DNA from: Candidatus Versatilivorator sp.
GTDB lineage: Bacteria; Acidobacteriota; Terriglobia; Versatilivoradales; Versatilivoraceae
Length of the DNA: 64,000 bases
Direction: 5' to 3'
Assembly: GCA_965207735.1 (NCBI GenBank)
Contig: OZ242296.1
Span: forward strand, 3,712,001-3,776,000
Shown here: piece by piece, positions 9,799-20,389 of the stretch
How the letters are laid out: each line of letters opens with the position of its first letter
Position numbering within the stretch: position 1 is the stretch's first letter
Made by a program: the position numbers and the translations under genes
The notes under the pieces: generated by a model
Databases searched by the model: none
Told to the model about the DNA's origin: nothing
Seen by the model: only the letters and a program-made list of their open reading frames with translations

Positions 9799-10785
9799 AT
9801 GAAACTGTCCCGATTCGTAGTGATTACCCATGTGCTTCTGTTGACGGCGATGGCCCCGGTCATTGTGTGTCGGAGTTCCAAGAACCTGACCAGCAAGGAC
9901 ATCGACCGGATGATGACCTCGCTTTCCAACTGGGGCCGTTGGGGTTCGGACGACCAGTTGGGGACCATCAATCTGATCACGGCCGAAAAGCGCAAGCAGG
10001 CGGCTGGCCTGGTGAAGGAGGGCTTCTCGGTTTCGATGGCCCACGACGCGATCAAGGTCGAGCAGGATGGATCGCCTCCCTTCGAGCACGAGATGTTGCC
10101 GGAGAGTTTCAAGCCCGACTCCGTGGGAGCCAACGATCGGTTTGCCGTGAGTTACCACGGATTCACCACCACCCATATGGATGCCCTGTGCCACTTCTTT
10201 TACCAGGGGAAGATGTACAACGGTTTCTCCAGGGACGAAGTCACCCGGAGCGGAGCGGGGAAGCTCTCGGTGAACACTCTGAAGGACGGCATCTTCACAC
10301 GGGCCGTGCTCATGGATATGCCCCGCCTGTGGGGTTTGGACTATTTGCCTGGGGACAAGGCGATCTATCCTGAAGATCTGGAAGCCTGGGAAAAGAAGGC
10401 GGGTGTCCGGGTGGGCTCCGGGGATGCCCTCCTGCTGCGGACCGGACGCTGGGCCAGGCGGAAGGCCGAGGGGTCATGGGACATCATGCAGAATTCGGCC
10501 GGTTTGCACGCGTCCTGCCTGCCCTGGCTGAAAGAGCGCGACGTGGCCATCGTGGGCAGCGATCTGGCCACCGACGTCATGCCCTCTCAAGTGAAGGACT
10601 CCTTCCTGCCGGTTCACATGGTCCTGATCGTGGGGATGGGGACTCCCATCCTGGATGTTCTGGATCTGGAAGCTGTCGGCGAGGCCGCCCAGGCCCGCCA
10701 ACGCTGGGAGTTCCTCATGACCGTGGCCCCGCTGCCGGTGCCGGGCGCCACCGGCTCCCCTCTGAATCCCATTGCGACATTTTAG
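9799..10785 (+). CDS. Cyclase (kynurenine formamidase-like) family metal-dependent hydrolase, possibly exported
   Basis: NWGRWG..DQLGTINLI, H.F.TTHMDALCH, GD.LLLRTG, GSPLNP.A.F; hydrophobic N-terminus after ATG 9799. Confidence 0.85.
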   Translation: MKLSRFVVITHVLLLTAMAPVIVCRSSKNLTSKDIDRMMTSLSNWGRWGSDDQLGTINLITAEKRKQAAGLVKEGFSVSMAHDAIKVEQDGSPPFEHEMLPESFKPDSVGANDRFAVSYHGFTTTHMDALCHFFYQGKMYNGFSRDEVTRSGAGKLSVNTLKDGIFTRAVLMDMPRLWGLDYLPGDKAIYPEDLEAWEKKAGVRVGSGDALLLRTGRWARRKAEGSWDIMQNSAGLHASCLPWLKERDVAIVGSDLATDVMPSQVKDSFLPVHMVLIVGMGTPILDVLDLEAVGEAAQARQRWEFLMTVAPLPVPGATGSPLNPIATF

Positions 10786-10803
10786 AAATCCCGGAGCTTC
10801 GTC

Positions 10804-11790
10804 TTGAGGGCCATGGTTCTGGAGTTGCCGGGGCAGCCCCTGGTCGAACGGGAACTGCCCAGGCCCCGACTGGGGCCGAGCCAGGTGCTCCTGCGGGTCC
10901 GCGCCTGTGCGGTCTGCCGAACCGACCTTCACATCCTGGACGGTGAGCTTCCGCAGGTCAAGCGGCCGCTGGTTCCCGGGCATCAGATCGTAGGGACGGT
11001 GGCCGGCTGCGGTCGCAGAGTCACCCGTCTGCGTCTGGGAGATCGGGTGGGGGTGCCCTGGTTGGGCTGGACCTGCAGCCGCTGCGGCTACTGCCGGTCC
11101 ACCAGGGAGAACCTGTGCGATCGGGCCCGGTTTACGGGGTATCACCGCGATGGTGGCTATGCGGAATACGCGGCCGCCGACGAGCGCTACTGTTTTCCCA
11201 TTCCCCCCAACTATTCCGACGTTCAGGCAGCCCCGCTCTTGTGCGGGGGCCTGATCGGCTTCCGATCTCTGAGGATGACCGGTGAGGCCCGGCGGGTCGG
11301 CTTTTACGGGTTCGGGTCGGCAGCTCATGTATTGGTTCAGGCGGCTCTCCACCAAGGCCGCCGGGTCTACGCCTTCACCCGGCCCGGGGATAGGGCCGGC
11401 CAGCGGTTTGCCCTCCGCTCAGGGGCGGCCTGGGCGGGTGAATCGGGTGAGAGGCCCCCGGTCCCGCTGGATGCCGCCATCATCTTCGCCCCCGCCGGCG
11501 AGTTGGTCCCGGCCGCTCTGAAAGCGGTGGCCAAGGGAGGCTCGGTAATTTGTGCCGGAATCCACATGAGCGATATTCCGGCCTTTCCCTATTCGATTCT
11601 TTGGGGAGAGCGGGTGGTGCGCTCGGTCGCCAATCTCACCCGGCGCGACGGAGAGGAGTTTCTGGAGTTGGCGAGCCGGGTCACCATCGCAACTCAGGTC
11701 AATCCCTTTGCTCTTGGCGACGCCAACCGGGCCCTGACGGCGCTTCGGTCGGGAACGGTTCAGGGCGCGGCCGTTCTGGTGGTCGATTGA
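10804..11790 (+). CDS. Zinc-dependent alcohol dehydrogenase family protein
   Basis: CRTDLH, GHQIVG, structural Zn site CSRCGYC...NLC, GFYGFG Rossmann motif. Confidence 0.92.
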   Translation: MRAMVLELPGQPLVERELPRPRLGPSQVLLRVRACAVCRTDLHILDGELPQVKRPLVPGHQIVGTVAGCGRRVTRLRLGDRVGVPWLGWTCSRCGYCRSTRENLCDRARFTGYHRDGGYAEYAAADERYCFPIPPNYSDVQAAPLLCGGLIGFRSLRMTGEARRVGFYGFGSAAHVLVQAALHQGRRVYAFTRPGDRAGQRFALRSGAAWAGESGERPPVPLDAAIIFAPAGELVPAALKAVAKGGSVICAGIHMSDIPAFPYSILWGERVVRSVANLTRRDGEEFLELASRVTIATQVNPFALGDANRALTALRSGTVQGAAVLVVD

Positions 11791-11872
11791 CCTGAACAGG
11801 CGTCTGGGCGCGGGCCGGGCGCAAGCCAGTGGAAGCGGTAAATATGTGTTATGATGGAGCTAACCGAGTTCG

Positions 11873-12385
11873 ATGTTTTTAACTGTTATTGATGAAAATG
11901 CAGGGTTTGAAGCCGTGAGCGTCGAATTGACCCTACGCCAGACCAAAATCAGGCACCTGCAGTTGAAAGACATGGTCTGCGTGGACCCGGAAACGAGTTT
12001 GGGGGAGACGATTGCAACCATGCAGCGGCGGCGCAACGGTTGTGCTTTGGTGGCGGCCGGTTCAAACCTCGTAGGCATATTCACCGAAAGGGATTTGATT
12101 CGCAAGGTGGTAGGTCGCGACCAGGCAGGTCTGGAACGGCCGATTCGCGACCTCATGACGCCGGAGCCGGCGGTCCTGAGTCCGGACGATTCTCTGCTGG
12201 ACGCGGTTCGTTTGATGAACCGGGGTGGCTACCGCCATATTCCGCTGGTAGATTCGGCCAATCGGGTCTGTGATTGTCTGTCCGTGATCAACATCGTTGA
12301 CTATCTGTTGGAGTGCTACCCTCAGGAGGTATTTTCCCTTCCGCCCACGCCCGGTCAGAATTTCAGCGAGCCGGACGGAGCCTGA
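11873..12385 (+). CDS. CBS-domain protein
   Basis: Two CBS repeats (LVGIFTERD; MTPEP...YRHIPLVD). Confidence 0.85.
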   Translation: MFLTVIDENAGFEAVSVELTLRQTKIRHLQLKDMVCVDPETSLGETIATMQRRRNGCALVAAGSNLVGIFTERDLIRKVVGRDQAGLERPIRDLMTPEPAVLSPDDSLLDAVRLMNRGGYRHIPLVDSANRVCDCLSVINIVDYLLECYPQEVFSLPPTPGQNFSEPDGA

Positions 12386-12454
12386 GGAAGGATACCGTCG
12401 CATTCGGGACCCATTTAGGAAGTTGATCTGCGAGGAGCGAAAGTCTCAGCCACC

Positions 12455-14326
12455 GTGCCTGCCATAACTACCGCAAAAGGTCACAAATCCCCCCGCGCCC
12501 TCGTCGAGATCGAAAACGCAACCATCCGGTTTGCGGGCGACTCGGGCGACGGCATGCAATTGACCGGAACCCAGTTCACCAATACCTCGGCGATCTTTGG
12601 GAACGACGTCAGCACCCTCCCCGATTTTCCGGCTGAGATTCGCGCGCCGGCCGGGTCCCTGCCGGGTGTGAGCGGTTTCCAGATCAGCTTCAGCAGCCGA
12701 GACATTCGGACTCCCGGGGATCAGCCCAACGTTCTGGTGGCCATGAACCCGGCGGCCCTCAGGGTGCACTTGTCGGACCTTGAGCCCGGGGGCATCGTCA
12801 TTGCCAATTCCAATTCCTTCCTGCCCTTGAATCTGAAGAAGGCGGGCTATGAGTCCAACCCCCTGGAGGACGGGAGCCTGTCCGGTTACCGATTGATCGC
12901 CGTGCCCCTGACCGAGCTGAACGGCAAGGCGCTCCAGGAGTTGAACCTTCACAGGCGGGATGCGGACCGGTGCAAGAATTTCTTCGCTCTCGGAATTACC
13001 TACTGGCTATACGATCGTCCCCTGAAGCCGACGCTCTCCTGGATCGAAGCCAAATTCAAAATGAGGCCTCAGATCCTGGCGGCGAATACCCTGGCCTTGC
13101 GAAGCGGCTACAACTACGCCGACACCACCGAGCTCTTCACCACCCACTACCGGGTTCGCACCGCCAAGTTGGCTCCCGGCAAGTACCGCAACATAACCGG
13201 CAACGAGGCCACGGCCTTCGGATTTATCGCGGCTTCTCAGAAGCTGGGACGGTCCATTTTTTACGCCAGCTATCCCATCACTCCGGCCAGCGATATCCTT
13301 CACGAGTTGGCCCGGCACAAGAATTTCGGCATCAAGACTTTTCAGGCGGAAGACGAGATTGCGGCTGTCGGCGCCGCCATAGGTGCTTCCTTTGCGGGGC
13401 ACCTGGGACTGACCGCAACCAGCGGACCGGGGGTTGCCCTCAAATCGGAGGCGATCGGGCTGGCGGTCATGACGGAACTTCCACTGGTCATCGCCAACAT
13501 CCAACGTGGCGGTCCCAGCACGGGTCTGCCCACCAAGACCGAACAGGCGGACCTGCTGCAGGCCCTGTTCGGGCGGAACGGGGAGTGTCCCGTGGCAGTG
13601 CTTGCGCCAAGTACGCCATCCAGCTGCTTCACCATGGCCTTCGAGGCCTTTCGTTTGGCCACCCGGTTCATGACCCCGGTCTTCTTCCTCTCCGACGGCT
13701 ACCTGGCCAACGGGTCGGAGCCCTGGAAGATTCCTTCGGTGGCGGACTTTCCCGACATCGAGGTGCGTTTCAGGACGGAGGCAGAGGGGTTTCAACCCTA
13801 TCTGCGGGATGAGAAGACGCTTTCCCGTCCCTGGGCCATCCCGGGCACTCCGGGGCTGGAGCATCGCATCGGGGGCTTGGAGAAGCAGAATATCAGCGGG
13901 AACGTCAGTTACAACCCCGACAACCATGACCGCATGGTGCGCCTGCGGGCCGAGAAGATTGCCCGGATAGCCGACTATATTCCCCCGGCCGAGGTCTTTG
14001 GCGAACCGGAAGGAAAGGTCCTGGTGGTCGGCTGGGGTTCGACCTATGGCGCCATCACCTCAGCCGTGGAGGGCATGCAGGAGCAGGGCCATCCCGTCTC
14101 CAGCCTTCACTTGCAATACCTGAATCCTCTCCCCCGGAATCTGGGAGAGGTGCTCTCTCGATTTGACAAGGTTCTGGTGCCCGAGCTTAATCTGGGCCAG
14201 TTGTCGATGATCTTGCGGTCTCGCTTCCTGGTGGATGCCGTCGGTTTCAACAGGGTGCGAGGCCTGCCTTTCAAAATTTCAGAACTGCAGGAAGCCATTA
14301 GAGATGTTCTGATTCCAGAGGGTTGA
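12455..14326 (+). CDS. korA: 2-oxoacid:ferredoxin oxidoreductase alpha subunit
   Basis: [45 protein letters not shown]. Confidence 0.93.
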   Translation: MPAITTAKGHKSPRALVEIENATIRFAGDSGDGMQLTGTQFTNTSAIFGNDVSTLPDFPAEIRAPAGSLPGVSGFQISFSSRDIRTPGDQPNVLVAMNPAALRVHLSDLEPGGIVIANSNSFLPLNLKKAGYESNPLEDGSLSGYRLIAVPLTELNGKALQELNLHRRDADRCKNFFALGITYWLYDRPLKPTLSWIEAKFKMRPQILAANTLALRSGYNYADTTELFTTHYRVRTAKLAPGKYRNITGNEATAFGFIAASQKLGRSIFYASYPITPASDILHELARHKNFGIKTFQAEDEIAAVGAAIGASFAGHLGLTATSGPGVALKSEAIGLAVMTELPLVIANIQRGGPSTGLPTKTEQADLLQALFGRNGECPVAVLAPSTPSSCFTMAFEAFRLATRFMTPVFFLSDGYLANGSEPWKIPSVADFPDIEVRFRTEAEGFQPYLRDEKTLSRPWAIPGTPGLEHRIGGLEKQNISGNVSYNPDNHDRMVRLRAEKIARIADYIPPAEVFGEPEGKVLVVGWGSTYGAITSAVEGMQEQGHPVSSLHLQYLNPLPRNLGEVLSRFDKVLVPELNLGQLSMILRSRFLVDAVGFNRVRGLPFKISELQEAIRDVLIPEG

Positions 14327-14383
14327 CGGTGGGCATTTCCCTCTGGAGAAACCAGCCCGTGTTCGGAGCAGGAGCGGTCAACC

Positions 14384-15427
14384 ATGAGCCATGACGGCGA
14401 CAGAGGACGGAAGGGGTCGGCAGTGCTTCCCTTGAGACGCCGGGATTTTGTGAGCGACCAGGAGGTGAGATGGTGTCCGGGTTGCGGGGATTACTCCATT
14501 CTGGCCCAGACTCAGAAGATGCTTCCCGAGTTGAATATCCCCAGGGAAAACTTTGTCTTTGTTTCCGGCATCGGTTGCTCCAGCCGCTTTCCCTACTACG
14601 TGAATACCTATGGTTTTCATGGAATTCACGGCCGGGCTCCAACCCTGGCCACCGGCGTCAAGGCCTCCCGTCCCGAGCTGTCGGTCTGGGTGATTACCGG
14701 GGATGGCGATGCCTTGAGCATCGGGGGCAACCATTTCATGCATGCGGTTCGCAGAAACCTGGACATAAACATCATTCTCTTCAATAACCGGATCTATGGC
14801 TTGACCAAGGGCCAGTATTCTCCGACGTCCGAGTTCGGCAAGAAGACCAAGTCCACTCCGGCAGGGTCCATCGACTATCCGATCAACCCTTTGTGCATTG
14901 CGATCTCCAACGAGGCCACCTTCGTGGCCCGCTCCATCGACGTGGACGTGAAGCACCTCTCCTCGGTGCTTACCCAGGCAGCCCACCACAAGGGAGTTTC
15001 CTTCGTGGAAGTATTTCAGAATTGCAACATCTTCAACGACGGAGCCTTCAAGCACTTCTCTGAACGGGGGTATCGAGACGATCGCACCATCCGGCTGGAG
15101 GACGGGAAGCCGATGATATTCGGCAGGGACCGGGACAAGGGGATTCGGCTGAACGGCCTCCGACTGGAGGTGGTGGAGCTTGGACGGGGGACTTCCGAAG
15201 CAGATCTGCTCATCCACGATATCCATGACCCGGAGCCTCATCTGGCGAACCTGCTGGCCCGCATGGACTATCCCGACTTTCCCGTGCCCCTGGGTGTTTT
15301 CCGCTCCGTGGCCAAACCGACCTACGACGAGCTGATGGAAGCCCAGGTGCAGGACGCAATCAGCCGTTCGGGAGCCGGGGACCTGGAACGACTGCTCAAC
15401 AGCGGCGATGTCTGGGTCGTGAATTAG
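14384..15427 (+). CDS. korB: 2-oxoacid:ferredoxin oxidoreductase beta subunit
   Basis: WCPGCGD, SGIGCS, HGR, GDGDALSIGGNH, YGLTKGQ.SPT. Confidence 0.93.
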   Translation: MSHDGDRGRKGSAVLPLRRRDFVSDQEVRWCPGCGDYSILAQTQKMLPELNIPRENFVFVSGIGCSSRFPYYVNTYGFHGIHGRAPTLATGVKASRPELSVWVITGDGDALSIGGNHFMHAVRRNLDINIILFNNRIYGLTKGQYSPTSEFGKKTKSTPAGSIDYPINPLCIAISNEATFVARSIDVDVKHLSSVLTQAAHHKGVSFVEVFQNCNIFNDGAFKHFSERGYRDDRTIRLEDGKPMIFGRDRDKGIRLNGLRLEVVELGRGTSEADLLIHDIHDPEPHLANLLARMDYPDFPVPLGVFRSVAKPTYDELMEAQVQDAISRSGAGDLERLLNSGDVWVVN

Positions 15428-15451
15428 GATCCTTCTCTTGCGAGGCATTTC

Positions 15452-15985
15452 ATGATTTGTCCGGCTTGCGGCTCGGTCAATCTTCCCGGGGCGGACCGGT
15501 GTGAAGACTGCCTGCTGCCTTTCAGCAAGCTGGACATCCCCTTGGCCACCGAGGGGTTGCAGAAGCGGCTCATGGAGGATACGATCGCCGACCTGAAGCC
15601 CCAACCCGCGGTTACCGTTGCGCCCGAGGCTTCGGTTGAGGAGGCGGTCCAACTTCTGAAGGACAAGAGCGTGGGATGCATCCTGGTGGTGGAAGAGGAA
15701 ATCGTGGTCGGTATCTTTTCGGAACGGGACGTGCTCTACAAGCTGGGGGGCATGGAAGGTTCCGCCAGCTCGGTCAAGGTCTCCGAGGTCATGACCCCCC
15801 ATCCGGTGACCATGGAGGCGGAGGAGTCCATCCGCTTTGTCCTCCACCAGATGTCGGTGGAGGGATTTCGCCACATCCCCGTGGTCAGTTTCGACCACCC
15901 CCCCAGGATCGTTTCCGTCCGGGCCGTTCTCAACTACCTTCACCAGTCGATTGAGGATGCTTCTCCGGACCGGGCGTCCCGGTAG
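15452..15985 (+). CDS. CBS-domain protein with N-terminal zinc ribbon
   Basis: CPAC...CEDC at the N-terminus followed by two CBS repeats (VGIFSERD, FRHIPVV). Confidence 0.85.
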   Translation: MICPACGSVNLPGADRCEDCLLPFSKLDIPLATEGLQKRLMEDTIADLKPQPAVTVAPEASVEEAVQLLKDKSVGCILVVEEEIVVGIFSERDVLYKLGGMEGSASSVKVSEVMTPHPVTMEAEESIRFVLHQMSVEGFRHIPVVSFDHPPRIVSVRAVLNYLHQSIEDASPDRASR

Positions 15986-16029
15986 AAGCCGACTCCGGCA
16001 TTCACCGCCCTGCCGATTCCAACCGCGTC

Positions 16030-16500
16030 CTATGGAGTGGCCAGAGCCTCGCGGTACTCGGTGGGGGCTCGGCAGCACATGCAGGGCCCGGGCGAATAGG
16101 TGGTGATGTTGCAAATCTCGCAGAAGTAGTGAAAATCGTATACTTTGGCGGCGCGGATCAGTTGGGTCTTGACGATTTGAAAAGTCTTGCCGCCATCCAG
16201 ACTTCTCAAGGTCAGCCGGAATCGTCGTGTTTTCAGTCGCTTTTCCTGGAGGAGGGTGCTGGCGGCGTCCCCGGCGGCCAGGATATGGAGTCGCCCGGCG
16301 TCCGATTTGAGGGCCAACCGGGTGGGGGGTTTTTCGCAGGAGTTTTCCTTCAGGTCCACCCCCAGACACACCAGGCGCCCGCTGACCACCAGGTTCTTGT
16401 CCTCCGAAGTCGCCGCCCCGGTATGAGCCAGCAGCGCTAAGGCTACAACGGCCGCACGGCCTGCCGCTGCCCCCCGATTCTTGCTGACCGCTCCGCTCAT
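16030..16500 (-). CDS. Hypothetical exported protein with C-terminal Cys cluster
   Basis: Signal-peptide-like N-terminus; CEIC...PGPCMCC at the C-terminus. Confidence 0.7.
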   Translation of the reverse strand: MSGAVSKNRGAAAGRAAVVALALLAHTGAATSEDKNLVVSGRLVCLGVDLKENSCEKPPTRLALKSDAGRLHILAAGDAASTLLQEKRLKTRRFRLTLRSLDGGKTFQIVKTQLIRAAKVYDFHYFCEICNITTYSPGPCMCCRAPTEYREALATP

Positions 16501-16534
16501 GGCGCCGGATTATACCAATCCCTCGAGGTGAAAG

Positions 16535-16810
16535 GTGTCCGATCAACAGGAGAGAAACGAGGTTCCTCCCCATTCACAGACACTGGCTGTGGAGGTGGAG
16601 GGTTTTTCCTATCAGACCGTCAAGCAGCAGAACGGGCGGGCTTCGGTAATCCGGTTCGAGTTGAAGAACCCCGAGGTCACGCCGGGTGACGTGCTGGTGG
16701 TGTTGTCCGGAAGCGACATCCTGTTCCACGGACTCATCATGAGAATCGACCAGGGTTGGGCCACCAGCGGCGATCGCAACAGCCTGCTGCTGCCGGGTAC
16801 GGTCCACTGA
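16535..16810 (+). CDS. Hypothetical protein
   Basis: GTG start after GAGG/AAGG; protein-like composition; fills the gap divergently. Confidence 0.55.
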   Translation: MSDQQERNEVPPHSQTLAVEVEGFSYQTVKQQNGRASVIRFELKNPEVTPGDVLVVLSGSDILFHGLIMRIDQGWATSGDRNSLLLPGTVH

Positions 16811-17047
16811 ATTTGAGCCCGCATTTCTCACCAGGTCGCTGCATATATTGTTGAAGTTCATATCCCTGGTTTCCAAAGGCGTCGGTTCGCCGTTGCGGAG
16901 GTCGCATGTCCTCGCTTTGCTCCCCTTTACAGCCCACGCGTTTTCCTTATAATAATCTGTTCGAGCGGACCCTTTGTTTCTCCTTGGTGCAGGTTTCAGT
17001 GGCCTCGCTCGGGATCGTCTTTTTGAATTCGGGAAGGGAGAGGTCTT

Positions 17048-17998
17048 GTGATTGAAGTCGATCGACTGACCAAGAGATATGGGAACCTCAAGGCTGTGGA
17101 TGAGGTTTCCTTTCAGGTGGAAAAGGGAGAGATTCTGGGGTTCCTGGGTCCCAACGGCGCCGGCAAGACCACGACCATGCGGATTCTGACCTGTTTCCTG
17201 CCGGCGACTGAAGGCACGGCTCGGGTGGCCGGGTATGACGTTTTCGAAGATGCCATGGAGGTGAAACGTCGTATCGGCTACCTGCCTGAACACCCTCCCC
17301 TCTACGACGAGATGACGGTGGATGGCTACCTTAAATTCGTAGCCAGGATCAAGGCGGTAGCTCCTGAAGACCGCAAGAGGCGCCTGCAGGAGGTCAAGGA
17401 GACGGTACGTATCGAGGGCTACGGGAGGAAGCTGATCAAGCACCTGTCCAAAGGCTTCAAGCAGCGGGTCGGCTTGGCCCAGGCATTGATCCACGACCCG
17501 GAGGTGCTGATCCTGGACGAACCCACGGTCGGGCTGGATCCCAATCAGATCAAGGAGGTGCGAGAGCTCATCAAGAGCCTCTCCGGTAACCACACCATTA
17601 TTCTTTCCACCCATATCCTGCCGGAGGTCAGCATGACCTGCCAGCGGGTGGTCATTATCTCCGACGGGAAGATCGTAGCCGTGGACACCCCCGAAAACCT
17701 GACCCGGCAGCAGCAGGGGGCCGCCCACATTTACATGGAAGCCAGGGGCTCGGATGTCGCGGTACAGCGGCATCTGCAGCAGATCGAGGGAGTTCTGAGC
17801 GTCGTATCCAGACCGCTGGGGGAAGGGGAAGTTTCCTCCTTCCGCATTGAAACGGAGCTGAAGCAGGATGTCAGAGGCCGGATAGCCCGGAGTGTTATCG
17901 AGGGAGGCTTTGAGCTACTGGAGTTTCGCTCGCTGCAGTTGAGCCTGGAGGAAGTCTTCACCCAACTCACCACCCAGGAGGAGGTGCGTAGTCAATGA
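17048..17998 (+). CDS. ABC transporter ATP-binding protein (GldA-like)
   Basis: Walker A GPNGAGKTT, signature LSKGFKQR, Walker B LILDEPT. Confidence 0.92.
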   Translation: MIEVDRLTKRYGNLKAVDEVSFQVEKGEILGFLGPNGAGKTTTMRILTCFLPATEGTARVAGYDVFEDAMEVKRRIGYLPEHPPLYDEMTVDGYLKFVARIKAVAPEDRKRRLQEVKETVRIEGYGRKLIKHLSKGFKQRVGLAQALIHDPEVLILDEPTVGLDPNQIKEVRELIKSLSGNHTIILSTHILPEVSMTCQRVVIISDGKIVAVDTPENLTRQQQGAAHIYMEARGSDVAVQRHLQQIEGVLSVVSRPLGEGEVSSFRIETELKQDVRGRIARSVIEGGFELLEFRSLQLSLEEVFTQLTTQEEVRSQ

Positions 17999-18783
17999 GA
18001 AACCTGTTGGCTGTGATTGATAAGGAAATGAAGGTCTATTTCGCCTCCCCCGTCGCTTACGGTGTGCTGACGGTATTTCTGCTGGTGAGCGGGTACTTTT
18101 TCTACAACATCCTGACGGTTTTCATCCAGCGGTCCATGATGATGGCGGTCCAGGCCCAGCAGTTCGGCGGCGCCACCCCGGCCATGGATGTTCCCGCGCT
18201 GGTGGAAAGAAATTTCTTCGGCATCGTCAGCACCATCATCCTGTTCATGGTGCCCATGATCACCATGGCGACCTTTGCCGACGAAAAACGCCGAGCCACC
18301 ATCGAGCTTCTCCTGACCTCTCCCCTGACCCATGTCCAGCTCATCCTGGGAAAGTTCCTGGCAGCCATGGGTTTTTTTGCGGTCATGCTGTTGCCGACCC
18401 TGGTCTACCACGCCTTCCTCTATTTCTACAGTTCTCCCAAGATGGCTCTGGGACCGGTCCTTTCCGGGTATCTGGGACTGCTGTTGCTGGGCGCGGCCCT
18501 GATTTCGCTGGGCATCTTTATCTCTACGCTTACCGAGAGTCAGATGGTCGCCGCCAGCGTCACCTTTGGCGCTCTCCTGATCCTCTGGGTGATCGACCTC
18601 TCGGCCCAGGCTTCCGGACCCCTGATGCAGGAAATCCTCGGTTACATTTCCATTCTCAACCATTTCGACGACTTTTCAAAAGGAGTGATCGACAGTTCGA
18701 GCCTGATTGTTTACCTGAGTTTCGTCTTTCTGGGGCTCTTCCTGACCTATCGATCCATTGAATCCTGGCGGTGGAGGACATAA
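17995..18783 (+). CDS. ABC-2 type permease (GldF-like)
   Basis: Multiple TM segments; ADEKRRATIELLLTSP, LGKFLA; ATGA overlap with the upstream gene. Confidence 0.9.
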   Translation: MRNLLAVIDKEMKVYFASPVAYGVLTVFLLVSGYFFYNILTVFIQRSMMMAVQAQQFGGATPAMDVPALVERNFFGIVSTIILFMVPMITMATFADEKRRATIELLLTSPLTHVQLILGKFLAAMGFFAVMLLPTLVYHAFLYFYSSPKMALGPVLSGYLGLLLLGAALISLGIFISTLTESQMVAASVTFGALLILWVIDLSAQASGPLMQEILGYISILNHFDDFSKGVIDSSSLIVYLSFVFLGLFLTYRSIESWRWRT

Positions 18784-18787
18784 CGGG

Positions 18788-20389
18788 ATGAACATTCTGA
18801 AAAACATCGCCTCCTTCGGTCCGGTACTGATCATTCTTGCCTACGTCTGGTATTCCATTCAGGGGGTCTGGGACTACCGGGTGCAGATTGCCCTTTACGG
18901 AGGCCTGGTTCTTACACTGGCCATGATTGCCTTGAACTTCGATCAGCTCAAGGCCGGATTCCGGCGGCGCTCCGCCCAGTACGGCGCCAACACGGCCTTG
19001 ATGGTGGTGATGGTGGTGGGCCTTCTGGGGATGATCAACTTTCTGGCCAAGAAATACCAGCAGCGTTGGGACCTCACCAGCAACCAGCAATACAGTCTCT
19101 CCGACCAGACGGAGAAACTGGTCAGGGGTTTGGAAACGGAGGTGGAAGTGATCCACTTCGACAAGAACCCCGATCCGGGTCTGGACGACCTGATGAAAGA
19201 GTATGTGGCGCTCAACCCCTCGGGCCTGAGCTACCGCAAGGTGGACCCCCAGGCCGAGCCGGGACTGGCCCGAAAGTACGAAGTGAACCGCTTTGGAGAA
19301 ATCGTGGTGATTTCGGGAGAGAAGCGGGAGAGCGTGGAGGCAGCCCGGGAAGAGGACATTACCAACACCATCCTGAAGGTTACGCGGGAGCAGGACAAGG
19401 TCATCTACTTCACCATGGGACACAACGAGGCCGACATCGAAAACAGCCGGGAAGAAGGGGGATACGCTGCCGCCAAGCAGGCCATCGAGAACCAGAACTA
19501 CCGTGTGCAAATCATCAATCTGGCCGAGGCGGGGAGCATCCCCGAGAACTGCTCCGCCCTGGTGATCGCCGGTCCGGCGGTGGCCTTGCTCCCCACCGAA
19601 ACGGCGCTCATCGATGGATATGTCGACGCGGGGGGAAAAGTTCTCCTGTTGCTGGACCCTGACCTCGACTCCGGCTTGAAGGAACTGCTGGAGAAGTGGA
19701 AGATTGGGGTGGAGGATGACATTGTGGTCGACTCCAGCGGGTTGGGGCAACTTTTCGGCATGGGCCCCGCGGCTCCTCTGGTGACCTCCTACGAGTCCCA
19801 CCCCATCACCGATGACCTCGACAATACCATGACCGTGTTCCCTGAAGCTCGCTCGCTGAAGACGGTCGACCACGAGGATTCTTCCTTCACCTCCAGGGCG
19901 CTGTTTCGTACCTCGGAGCGAAGCTGGGGAGAAAAGAACCTGGTGGACGGATCAGCGGAATTCAACCCGGCCGTGGATATCGAGGGGCCGGTGGTCCTTG
20001 GGGTGGTCAGCACCCTTTCAGTGAGTTCGGCGGCTGCCGATTCGAACGGAGCTCAAGACGAAAACGGGGGCGAAGATTCGGACAAGAAACAGTCGGAGAA
20101 AGATGGATCCTTCGGCAAGGAAGCCCGGGTGGTGGTAATCGGCGATTCCGACTTTGCCAACAACGCCTTTCTGCGGCTCCAGCGAAACGGGGACCTCTTT
20201 CTGAATGCGGTGAGCTGGCTGGCCGAGGACGAGGACCTGATTTCGGTTCGGCCCAAGGATTCGGAAAACCGCAGTGTCAACATGACCTCTGCCGACTCCA
20301 GGACGCTGTTCTGGGTGACCATGTTCCTGTTGCCGGGAGCGGCCATGGGCTTGGGTGTCCTGGTTTGGTCAAGGAGACGCAGGTCATGA
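18788..20389 (+). CDS. GldG-family ABC auxiliary component
   Basis: WDLT.N..YSLSDQT, IYFT.GHNE, VIGDSDF, NGDLFLNAVSWL; N- and C-terminal TM segments. Confidence 0.88.
   Translation: MNILKNIASFGPVLIILAYVWYSIQGVWDYRVQIALYGGLVLTLAMIALNFDQLKAGFRRRSAQYGANTALMVVMVVGLLGMINFLAKKYQQRWDLTSNQQYSLSDQTEKLVRGLETEVEVIHFDKNPDPGLDDLMKEYVALNPSGLSYRKVDPQAEPGLARKYEVNRFGEIVVISGEKRESVEAAREEDITNTILKVTREQDKVIYFTMGHNEADIENSREEGGYAAAKQAIENQNYRVQIINLAEAGSIPENCSALVIAGPAVALLPTETALIDGYVDAGGKVLLLLDPDLDSGLKELLEKWKIGVEDDIVVDSSGLGQLFGMGPAAPLVTSYESHPITDDLDNTMTVFPEARSLKTVDHEDSSFTSRALFRTSERSWGEKNLVDGSAEFNPAVDIEGPVVLGVVSTLSVSSAAADSNGAQDENGGEDSDKKQSEKDGSFGKEARVVVIGDSDFANNAFLRLQRNGDLFLNAVSWLAEDEDLISVRPKDSENRSVNMTSADSRTLFWVTMFLLPGAAMGLGVLVWSRRRRS

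Noticed and set aside
14378-16573. 731-aa minus-strand ORF, and similar long antisense ORFs such as 50800-52959, 5422-6882 and 36425-37612
   Set aside because: They overlap well-supported genes on the opposite strand or in another frame and have no recognisable domains.
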